A stretch of 38,450 nt of DNA from Acidobacteriota bacterium (GTDB lineage: Bacteria > Acidobacteriota > Polarisedimenticolia > J045), in assembly GCA_003695625.1 (NCBI GenBank), contig RFIB01000100.1, positions 1 through 38,450 on the forward strand, read 5' to 3'. The translations under genes and the position numbers were made by a program. This document shows, piece by piece, positions 27,434 through 35,068 of this stretch. Each line of letters starts with the position of its first letter. The stretch's first letter is position 1. The notes under the pieces were generated by a model that saw only the letters and a list, made by a program, of their open reading frames with translations, did not search any database and was not told the origin of the DNA.

Positions 27434-29190
27434 GGCTTGCGCCCGTCCGGATGGCAGGAGTAGCAGGCCTGGCTGTCGTACCGGTAGCCCGCGACGTCCT
27501 TGTGCTGGTTGTCGGTCTTGTTGCGGTCGGAGTGCGGGTGGCAGCCGAAGCAGGAGAACACCGCGAAGTTGTTGGGCTGCACGTGGCAGTCGCTGCAGCG
27601 ATCCCACTTGCCGCGGTGCTTGCCGGAGTAGATCGGGAACCACGGGTCGTGGTCGAAGTTCGCCCCGGCCCAGCCGCTCGTCGTGTGGCACTGGGTGCAG
27701 TCGGTCGGGAAGCCCGCCGCGGCGTGGTTCGGGTCGGTCGTCCGCTCGTAGTCGTCCCGGTGGCACGCGTAGCAGTCCGTCGGCGTGCCGGCGTAGACGC
27801 CGCCGGCATGGCACGCGGTGCAGTCCAGCGCACGGTGGGCGCCGGTCAGCGGGAAGTTCGTCGCGTCGTGGTCGAAAGTCGCTCCGGCCCAGCTGGAGGT
27901 GTCATGGCACGCGACGCAGTCGGTCGGGAACCCCGCCGTGACGTGGTTCGGGTCGGTCGTCCGCTCGTAGTCGCCCTGGTGGCACGCGTAGCAGTCCGTC
28001 GGCGTGCCGGCGTAGACGCCGCCGGCGTGGCACGCGGTGCAGTCCAGCGCACGGTGGGAGCCGGTCAGCGGGAAGTTCGTCGCGTCGTGGTCGAAGTTCG
28101 CTCCGCCCCAGCCGCTCGTCGTGTGGCACTGGGCACAGTCGGTCGGGAACCCCGCCGTGACGTGGTTCGGGTCGGTCGTCCGCTCGTAGTCGCCCTGGTG
28201 GCACGCGTAGCAGTCCGTCGGCGTGCCGGTGTAGACGCCGCCGACATGGCAGCGGGTGCAGTCCACCGCGAGATGGGCGCCGGTCAGCGGGAAGTCCGTC
28301 AGCGCGTGGTCGAAGTCGGCATCCTTCCAGCCGGTCGGACCGTGACACAGGGCGCAGTCGGTCGGGAATCCCGCCGCACCGTGGTCGGGGTTCGTCGTCC
28401 GCTCGTAGTCGGCCTGGTGGCACGAGAAGCAGTCGACGCTCGTGCCGCTGAACGTGTCGCCGACATGGCACTGCGCGCAGTCGAGCCCGCGGTGGGCACC
28501 GACGAGCGGGAAACCGGTCAGCGCGTGGTCGAAGCGGGCGGTCGTCCAGCCGATCGGCGTGTGGCAGGCCCCGCAGTCGGTCGGGAAGCCGCTGTTCACG
28601 TGGTCCGGATCGGTCGTCGCCCGGTAGTCGTCGATGTGGCACGTCTCGCATTCCGGTGCCAGCCCGACCCAGCGACGCGCGCCCGCCGGCTGGGGCGTAT
28701 GACACGCCTCGCAGTCGGCCGCGAGATGGCTGCCGACCAGCGGAAAGCGCGTCTCGGTGTGCATCTGCACGAAGTTGCGCCGGTCGATGAACGAGCGCGG
28801 CACGTGGCAGCGCGCGCAGTCCGGTCCGAGCTCGCCGAGGTGCACGTCCTGGTGACAGGCGTTGCAGTCGGTCGGCGCGTCGGCGAAGACCAGCGACGCG
28901 TGACACGCCCGGCAGTCCGCGGTGCGGTGCGCCCCGACCAGTTCGAAGCGCGACAGCCGCCCGTGGTCGAACTCGGGACTGATCCGCGCCGGCTTCCAGC
29001 CGTCGTCGCCGTGGCACAGCGCGCAGTCCTCGATGAAGTCGCCGTGCGGGTAGTCCTCGTCGTCGTCCTGCGCCGCGGAGATCCGGCCCGCGGCCGAAAG
29101 ACAGCACGCGATCACGGCGAGCGCGACGACCGGACCGCGGAACGCGACGACGCGGCCGCACCCGGTTTCCCGGGTCCGTTTCGCTGACAT
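27430..29190 (-). CDS. Exported (possibly lipoprotein) multiheme cytochrome c, 22 CxxCH motifs
   Basis: Manual count of 22 CxxCH; hydrophobic leader with possible lipobox VIA/C; 73-aa triheme repeats. Confidence 0.93.
   Translation of the reverse strand: MSAKRTRETGCGRVVAFRGPVVALAVIACCLSAAGRISAAQDDDEDYPHGDFIEDCALCHGDDGWKPARISPEFDHGRLSRFELVGAHRTADCRACHASLVFADAPTDCNACHQDVHLGELGPDCARCHVPRSFIDRRNFVQMHTETRFPLVGSHLAADCEACHTPQPAGARRWVGLAPECETCHIDDYRATTDPDHVNSGFPTDCGACHTPIGWTTARFDHALTGFPLVGAHRGLDCAQCHVGDTFSGTSVDCFSCHQADYERTTNPDHGAAGFPTDCALCHGPTGWKDADFDHALTDFPLTGAHLAVDCTRCHVGGVYTGTPTDCYACHQGDYERTTDPNHVTAGFPTDCAQCHTTSGWGGANFDHDATNFPLTGSHRALDCTACHAGGVYAGTPTDCYACHQGDYERTTDPNHVTAGFPTDCVACHDTSSWAGATFDHDATNFPLTGAHRALDCTACHAGGVYAGTPTDCYACHRDDYERTTDPNHAAAGFPTDCTQCHTTSGWAGANFDHDPWFPIYSGKHRGKWDRCSDCHVQPNNFAVFSCFGCHPHSDRNKTDNQHKDVAGYRYDSQACYSCHPDGRKP
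27650..28533 (-). repeat. Intragenic tandem repeat, 219-bp period (73 aa, 3 hemes), four full periods
   Basis: TGGTCGAA anchors at 27650, 27869, 28088, 28307, 28526; GTAGCAGTCCGTCGGCGTGCCGG at 27769, 27988, 28207. Confidence 0.92.
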
Positions 29191-29424
29191 GGGAAGCCCT
29201 CTTGGTTCGCCGCGCGGCGCCGGGCATGCGCCACGCGTTCCCTCCATCCCTCGTCCCGCGGGGGTCCGGACCGCGGCGAGCGCCTCGGGGACCGGTCCGG
29301 CCGAACCCTTCGGGACGACAGGATTATCCCCCGGGGTAACGTGGCGTGTCGAGCCGGTCCGGGCAAGCGGGGGCCGGCCGTGGCGGCCGCACGCGGCCCG
29401 GCGGGACGGCCGCGACCGCCCGCA

Positions 29425-30816
29425 CTAGTCCGCGACGATCCGCCGCACTGCGGAGACGACGATCTCGTCCTCGCCTTCGAGCAGGGTCCGCGGATCGAGC
29501 AGCACGCGGCCCGCCTCGACGCGCGCGACGACCGGCGGCTCGTGCCCGCGAAGCCGGCGGGCCAGCTCCTGCTCGTCGAGCCCGTCGACGCCGAGCGCGA
29601 CGAGCCGCGTGGGCAGCGCCTGCTCGGGTGCCGCCCCGCCGCCGACGCGGCCTTCCCCGTCGATCACCGCCGCCCGGACGCGGTTGCCGAGCGCCAGGAG
29701 CGCGTCCGCGAGCCGGACGGCGCGCGTCTCGAGCTGTTCGGGCGACGCGGCGAGCATGCGCGCCACCGGCGGGCCCTGCGCCCCGGGGTCGGGGACGAGC
29801 CACGCGCGGCAGGTCCACGACAGCGCGGCGAGCGTCAGCTTGTCGCAGCGCAGCGCGCGCGCGAGCGGATTGCGCGCGCAGCGGGCGACCAGCTCCCGCC
29901 GTCCGACGAGGATCCCCGCCTGCGGTCCGCCGAGCAGCTTGTCGCCGGAAAAGCAGACCAGGTCGGCTCCGTCGGCGAGCAGCTGCTCGACCGACGGTTC
30001 GCTGTCCGGCCCGGGTGCGTCGCGATACAGGCGTCCGCAGCCCTGGTCGACGACGAGCGGCAGTCCGTGGTCCGCGGCGATCGGAGCCAGCTCGCGCACG
30101 CCGACCTGCCGCGTGAACCCGACGATCCGGTAGTTGCTCGGCCACACCTTGAGCAGCAGCGCGACGTCACGGCCGCAGACGCGTGCGTAGTCGTCGGGAT
30201 GCGTCCGGTTGGTCGTGCCGACCTCGACCAGGCGCGCCCCGGAGCGCTCGAGGATCTCCGGCACGCGGAAGCTGCCGCCGATCTCGACCAGCTCCCCGCG
30301 GCTGATCGCCACGCCGCGGCCGAGCGCGAGCGTGTTGAGCGCCAGCAGCAGCGCCGCGGCGTTGTTGTTCACCGCGAGCACGCCGTGGTCAGGAAACAGC
30401 AGCTCGAGCCACGGCGCGACGTGGGCCTGCCGGCTGCCGCGCCGTCCCGAGCCGAGGTCGAACTCGAGATCCGAGTAGCAGGCGGCGACCCGTGCGACGT
30501 GCTCCGCCGCCGCCGGCGCCAGCGGAGCGCGCCCGAGGTTGGTGTGCACGACCACGCCGGTGGCGTTGACGACGCGCCGCGGCCCCGGCCGGTCGAGCCG
30601 CTCGAGCCGCGCCCGCACGGCGCGGGCGAGTTCCTCGTCGGCGGGCGGAGGCGCGCCGTCCGCGACCCGGCGCCGCGCGCGCTCGAGCTCCGCGCGGGCC
30701 GCGTGGACGATCGCGCGATGCGCCCAGCGCTCCGCCAGCTCCCGGACCTCCGGCCGCGCGAGCAGCCGGTCGACACCGGGCAGGCCGGCGCGGCGGTCCC
30801 CGGCGGCGCGGCTCAT
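29425..30816 (-). CDS. selA: L-seryl-tRNA(Sec) selenium transferase
   Basis: VVNATGVVVHTNLGRAPL, VNNNAAA, SRGELVEIGGSFRVPEI, EVGTTNRT, FSGDKLLGGPQAG (PLP lysine), RALRCDK. Confidence 0.95.
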   Translation of the reverse strand: MSRAAGDRRAGLPGVDRLLARPEVRELAERWAHRAIVHAARAELERARRRVADGAPPPADEELARAVRARLERLDRPGPRRVVNATGVVVHTNLGRAPLAPAAAEHVARVAACYSDLEFDLGSGRRGSRQAHVAPWLELLFPDHGVLAVNNNAAALLLALNTLALGRGVAISRGELVEIGGSFRVPEILERSGARLVEVGTTNRTHPDDYARVCGRDVALLLKVWPSNYRIVGFTRQVGVRELAPIAADHGLPLVVDQGCGRLYRDAPGPDSEPSVEQLLADGADLVCFSGDKLLGGPQAGILVGRRELVARCARNPLARALRCDKLTLAALSWTCRAWLVPDPGAQGPPVARMLAASPEQLETRAVRLADALLALGNRVRAAVIDGEGRVGGGAAPEQALPTRLVALGVDGLDEQELARRLRGHEPPVVARVEAGRVLLDPRTLLEGEDEIVVSAVRRIVAD

Positions 30817-32870
30817 CGGGCGTTCTCCAGCGTCCGGGCGGTGCGCTCGAGGAACGGATCGCCCGGCGCCCGGCCCCGCAGCGTGGCGAGCAGGCGCCGC
30901 GCCTCGTCGTCGCGCCCCTGCTCGCGCAGCAGGGCCAGCGCCCCCTCGACCGCGTCGCGGCGCGTCGGTGCGAGCGCGAGGGCCTGGCGGAACGCGGCGA
31001 GCGCGGCGTCCGCGTTGCCGCGGGCGCGCTCGACGCGACCGAGCAGCTCCCACCCCTCGGCGTCGTCGGGACGGCGCTCGAGGTACCGCCCGAGGCGCGC
31101 CGCGGCCTCGTCCTCGAGACCGGCGCCGAGTTCGGCCGCGGCCAGCCGCGTCTCGAGCCCGACGTATCCCGGCAGCAGACCGGACAGGCGGAGCCACAGG
31201 TTGCGCGCCTCGAGGTGGCGGCCCCGCTCCTCGAGGAACGTCGCGTAGAGCCGGTAGCCGAGATAGAACGTCGGCTGGACCTCGATCAGCCGGCGGAACA
31301 CCTGCTCGGTGCCGGGATCGTCGCCGAGCGCCTGGCGTGCCCGCGCCAGCCGGAGCAGGAACTGCGGATTGTCGGGATCCCGCTCGAGCAGGCGCTCGAC
31401 GAGCCGGGCGGCGGCCTCGGCCTGTCCGGCGAGCAGCAGCTCGCGCGTGCGCTGGAACCGGTCGTAGTCGTCGATCGCCTCGCGCGGCGAGCGCCCTTCA
31501 CGCGCGGGCAGCGGGTCGTCGTCGCTGCCGGCCTCGCCGCGATCGGCCCCGCCGCCGCCGGCGACGTAGCCGAGCGACTCGAGCCGGGCGATCGTCTCCG
31601 GATCGGTCCCGCCGCCGAAGCCCGCCGCGGCCGCGAGCCGCGTCGTGTCGACGATCCGCCGCGCGATCTCGCGCAGGGTCGCGCCGAGCCGCGCGACGTC
31701 GTCCGGCCGCGCGCCCGAGAGGTCGCGTCCCTCGCCCGGATCGTCGGCGAGGTCGTAGAGTTCCGGGCGGGTCCCCTCGATCAGCTTGAGGTCCGCCTCG
31801 CGCAGCGCGTAGAGCGCCGACCAGCCGAACTCCTCGTGCGGGTAGAGTGTCTCGGCGTAGACCGGACCGGCGGCGCCTTCGGCCAGCAGGTCGCGTCCGT
31901 GCAGGCCGGCCGGCGGCTCGAGCCCGAGCAGCCCCAGCGCCGTCGGCAGCACGTCGACGAGGCTGGCCGGCCCCTCGATCACGGTCCCGGGAGCGATCCG
32001 TCCGGGCGCGCGCAGCAGGAACGGGACGTGCAGCGCCTCCTCGTAGAGCAGCAGTCCGTGTTCCTGCTCGCCGTGGGTGCCGAGCCCCTCGCCGTGGTCG
32101 GCGATCGCGATCACGACCGTGCGGTCCGCGATCCCCAGCTCGTCGAGCGCATCGAGCAGGCGGCCGACCATCGCGTCGGTGAACTCGATCTCCCCCGAGT
32201 ACGGATCGCCCCGGTGACGCCGCGCGTACTCGGCCGGCGGCGCCCACGGCGTGTGCGGATCGTACAGATGCACCCAGAGCAGGAACGGCTCGTCGGCGTG
32301 CCCGCGCAGCCAGGACAGCGCCCGCGCGACGACCTCGTCCCCGCGCCGCGTGTTGCGCCGGCGTCCGTCGGGCGCGTGGCCGTAGTCGTCGTCGTACAGC
32401 TCGAAGCCCTGCGCGAGGCCGAACATGCCGGCCGTCGTGAACGACGCCGAGACGGCCGCCGTGCGCCGGCCGTGCCGGCGGACGATCTCGGCCAGCGTGG
32501 TCACGTCGTCCGGCAGCCGGAAGCGCGCGTTGTTGCGCACCCCGTGGCCCGGCGGGTACAGGCCGGTCAGGATCGACGCGTGCGCCGGCGTGGTCAGCGG
32601 AACGGTGCTCCAGGCGCGACGCACGAGCGCCCCCTCGCGCGCGAGCCGTTCGAGCGCGGGGGTCGATGCGGGCGAGTCCGGCGCGTACGCGCTGACATGG
32701 TCGGCCCGCGTCGTGTCGAGCGTCACGAGCAGCACCGAGTCGAGCCCGCGCGGGCGCGACGCGCCGCCGCAGCCTGCGGCGGCGATCGCGAGCAGGATGA
32801 GTGCGGCGCCGCGCGCGGCGCGCGGGCCGGCCGGGCGGCGCGCGGCCGGAATTCCGTTCTCGTTCGGCAT
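30813..32870 (-). CDS. Lipoprotein sulfatase-like hydrolase with C-terminal TPR repeats
   Basis: Lipobox AAG/C; LLVTLDTTRADH, TVPLTTPAHASILTG, HLYDPH, ADHGE, LESLGY, then helical TPR repeats; ATGA overlap with selA. Confidence 0.85.
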   Translation of the reverse strand: MPNENGIPAARRPAGPRAARGAALILLAIAAAGCGGASRPRGLDSVLLVTLDTTRADHVSAYAPDSPASTPALERLAREGALVRRAWSTVPLTTPAHASILTGLYPPGHGVRNNARFRLPDDVTTLAEIVRRHGRRTAAVSASFTTAGMFGLAQGFELYDDDYGHAPDGRRRNTRRGDEVVARALSWLRGHADEPFLLWVHLYDPHTPWAPPAEYARRHRGDPYSGEIEFTDAMVGRLLDALDELGIADRTVVIAIADHGEGLGTHGEQEHGLLLYEEALHVPFLLRAPGRIAPGTVIEGPASLVDVLPTALGLLGLEPPAGLHGRDLLAEGAAGPVYAETLYPHEEFGWSALYALREADLKLIEGTRPELYDLADDPGEGRDLSGARPDDVARLGATLREIARRIVDTTRLAAAAGFGGGTDPETIARLESLGYVAGGGGADRGEAGSDDDPLPAREGRSPREAIDDYDRFQRTRELLLAGQAEAAARLVERLLERDPDNPQFLLRLARARQALGDDPGTEQVFRRLIEVQPTFYLGYRLYATFLEERGRHLEARNLWLRLSGLLPGYVGLETRLAAAELGAGLEDEAAARLGRYLERRPDDAEGWELLGRVERARGNADAALAAFRQALALAPTRRDAVEGALALLREQGRDDEARRLLATLRGRAPGDPFLERTARTLENAR

Positions 32871-33046
32871 CGGTCGCTCCCGTGCGCACGCCGCGGCGGA
32901 ACGCACGGGCGGGATTGTAGCGCGGCCGCGCGTCCCGTCCCCCGGCCGGGTGCGCGCCGCGCGCCCGCGTGGCCGCCACGGCGGCGCGGGCCCATCTTCT
33001 GCGGGGGAGACCGCCCTCCACGCGGCGGGCGGCCGGAGAGCGCCAC

Positions 33047-33655
33047 GTGAGCGACACCCGTTTCACGCCGACGAACATCCGTGCCGATCTCGACACGCTG
33101 ACCAAGCTGATGAAGCGCCTGTCGGTCGAGTACGAGATGTTCTTCAGCCAGCAGGTGCGCTGGCCTCCGTGGCAGCGTCAGGCCGAGTGCGACGCGATCA
33201 TCCGCCACTACCAGAAGAACCCGCCGCGCCAGACCGCCGACCGGTTCCGCTTCAACACGCTGGTCCACCGCTACCGCACCACCCTCGAGCGGTTCTCGCG
33301 CCGGCGCCGGCAGCTCGAGGAGAAGGGCATGATCGAGCGGCGCGGCCAGCGTCGCTCGGCGCTCGCCGAGCGGGAGAGCGTCGACGTCCACCGTCCGCAG
33401 ACGCTCGTCTCGCAGACCGCCCGCGCCGGCCGGGCCCAGGGCGACCAGGTGCGCGACCTGTACCGCGCCTACCGCGACGCGCGCCGCGCACGCGGCCAGG
33501 AGATCCGCAAGCTGACCTACGCGCCGTTCGCGGAGAAGATCGAACGGCTGCTGAGCAAGGCCCGGGCGCAGGCCGGCGGCCGGGACGTCGAGCTGCAGCT
33601 GACCGAGGCCGACGGCCGGGTCACCGTCGCGGTCCGGCCGGTGCGGCGCAAGTAG
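33047..33655 (+). CDS. Hypothetical protein, MXAN_5187 C-terminal domain-like
   Basis: EYEMFF...PP...RFRFNTL and LYRAYRDAR...DVELQLTEADGRVTV resemble that family from recall; GTG start with GGAG RBS. Confidence 0.55.
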   Translation: MSDTRFTPTNIRADLDTLTKLMKRLSVEYEMFFSQQVRWPPWQRQAECDAIIRHYQKNPPRQTADRFRFNTLVHRYRTTLERFSRRRRQLEEKGMIERRGQRRSALAERESVDVHRPQTLVSQTARAGRAQGDQVRDLYRAYRDARRARGQEIRKLTYAPFAEKIERLLSKARAQAGGRDVELQLTEADGRVTVAVRPVRRK

Positions 33656-33725
33656 CCCGGAACGGCGTATCCTTGGTCCGGCCCGGTCCCCGCCGCGCGG
33701 GCGGGGCCGACGCCCGGAGGTTCCG

Positions 33726-34376
33726 ATGCGCCGACTCGCCACCGTCCCGCTGATGATCGCGCTCGCGCTGGCCCTCGGCTGGCCCGCCGAAGGCCGCTCG
33801 AAGCGGCGGGAGGCCGCACCGACGGGCACGTTCCAGCTCGAATCGAAGCTGCTGGCCCGGATGCCGGACGTCGCCGAGGCGCTCGAGCAGACGCGGGCCC
33901 GGCCGAGCGACGCCCACGCCTGGCGCCACCTCGGGACGGTTCTCTCGCGCCGCGGCGCCCATGACGACGCGCTGCGGGCGTTCGACCGGGCGATCCGGCT
34001 CGACCGCCGCAACGCCGACGTGTGGACCGACCTCGGCGCGGCGCACATCCGCGCCGGGTCGCTCAGGGACGCGATCGAGGCCCTCGAGACCGCACTCGAG
34101 ATCGAGCCGTTCCACGCGCTGGCGCACTACAACCTCGGCCTGGCCTACCAGGCACGGAAGCGCTACGACGACGCCCTCGAGGAGTTCAAGGCCGCGCTGC
34201 TGCTCGAGCCGGACCTCGGCGACCCGCAGAAGAACCCGGCGGCGGCGATCAACCCGGCGCTGCCGTACGTGCGCCTGGCGGTCTACCTCGAGACGACCGG
34301 CGCCACGCCGTCGCTGTTCTCGTCGGACGTCGCGGAGCAGACCGAGGGCGAGCCCGGGCAGGGCGACGGGCGCTAG
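33726..34376 (+). CDS. Exported TPR protein
   Basis: Signal peptide; AWRHLG, VWTDLG and AHYNLG TPR motifs; GGAGG RBS. Confidence 0.85.
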   Translation: MRRLATVPLMIALALALGWPAEGRSKRREAAPTGTFQLESKLLARMPDVAEALEQTRARPSDAHAWRHLGTVLSRRGAHDDALRAFDRAIRLDRRNADVWTDLGAAHIRAGSLRDAIEALETALEIEPFHALAHYNLGLAYQARKRYDDALEEFKAALLLEPDLGDPQKNPAAAINPALPYVRLAVYLETTGATPSLFSSDVAEQTEGEPGQGDGR

Positions 34377-35002
34377 CCCGCGTCCTGCGCGGCGGCGTCC
34401 GGCTCGCGCGTCTCGAGCCCGTAGAGCACGAGGTCGAAGAACGCGTCGCGCAGGCCCGACCGGTCGCGCGCGCGGCCGGGCGCGGTGTCGTCGCGGCCGA
34501 ACAGCTCGGGAACCGTCAGCGCGTGGATCATCGCCTGGATCGCGGCGGCGACCGCGCGGCGCGGCCCGCGCGGGGCGAACACGCCGCGGCGCTCGCCGTC
34601 CTCGAGGATCTCCGCGATCAGGTCGCGCTCGCGGCGCCGGAAGCTCCGCTCCTGGGCCAGCGTCAGCGCCGAGATCTCCTCGCCGATCTCGCGGCGGACC
34701 CCGTGCAGGTCCTTGAGGTCGCGCAGCACCTCGAGTCGCGCGTCGAACACCGCGCGCAGCGCCTCGCGCGGGTCGCGGGCCCGGCGCGCGGCGCGGCGCA
34801 TCGCCGCGAGCATCCGCTGCTCCTCGCGCTCCATGACCGCGTTGAACAGCGCGAGCTTCCCGCCCGGGACGTGGTAGTAGAGTGCGCCCTTGACGACACC
34901 GAGTTCGCGGGCGATCTCGACGAGCGACGCGCGACGGTAGCCGTCGCGGGCGAAATGGCTGCGTGCCACGTCGAGAATCCGCTCGCGGGTGAGCTTGGCC
35001 AT
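34373..35002 (-). CDS. TetR/AcrR family transcriptional regulator
   Basis: TRERILDVA...FARDGY...EIARELGVVKGALYYH helix-turn-helix. Confidence 0.9.
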   Translation of the reverse strand: MAKLTRERILDVARSHFARDGYRRASLVEIARELGVVKGALYYHVPGGKLALFNAVMEREEQRMLAAMRRAARRARDPREALRAVFDARLEVLRDLKDLHGVRREIGEEISALTLAQERSFRRRERDLIAEILEDGERRGVFAPRGPRRAVAAAIQAMIHALTVPELFGRDDTAPGRARDRSGLRDAFFDLVLYGLETREPDAAAQDAG

Positions 35003-35037
35003 CGGTTGTCCTCGCCCTCGCCCGAGCCCCGGGCCAT

Positions 35038-35064
35038 TTTGACCGATGGCAGACAGGAGTCAAA
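35038..35064. promoter_or_regulatory. Inverted repeat TTTGAC-N15-GTCAAA, candidate TetR operator or divergent promoter
   Basis: AT-rich palindrome in the short gap between tetR and the M14 gene. The minus strand reads TTGACT-N16-CAAAAT. Confidence 0.4.
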
Positions 35065-35068
35065 TCCG

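Noticed and set aside
27650-28533. CRISPR array or non-coding repeat
   Set aside because: The 219-bp period is in frame within a cytochrome gene and has no unique spacers.
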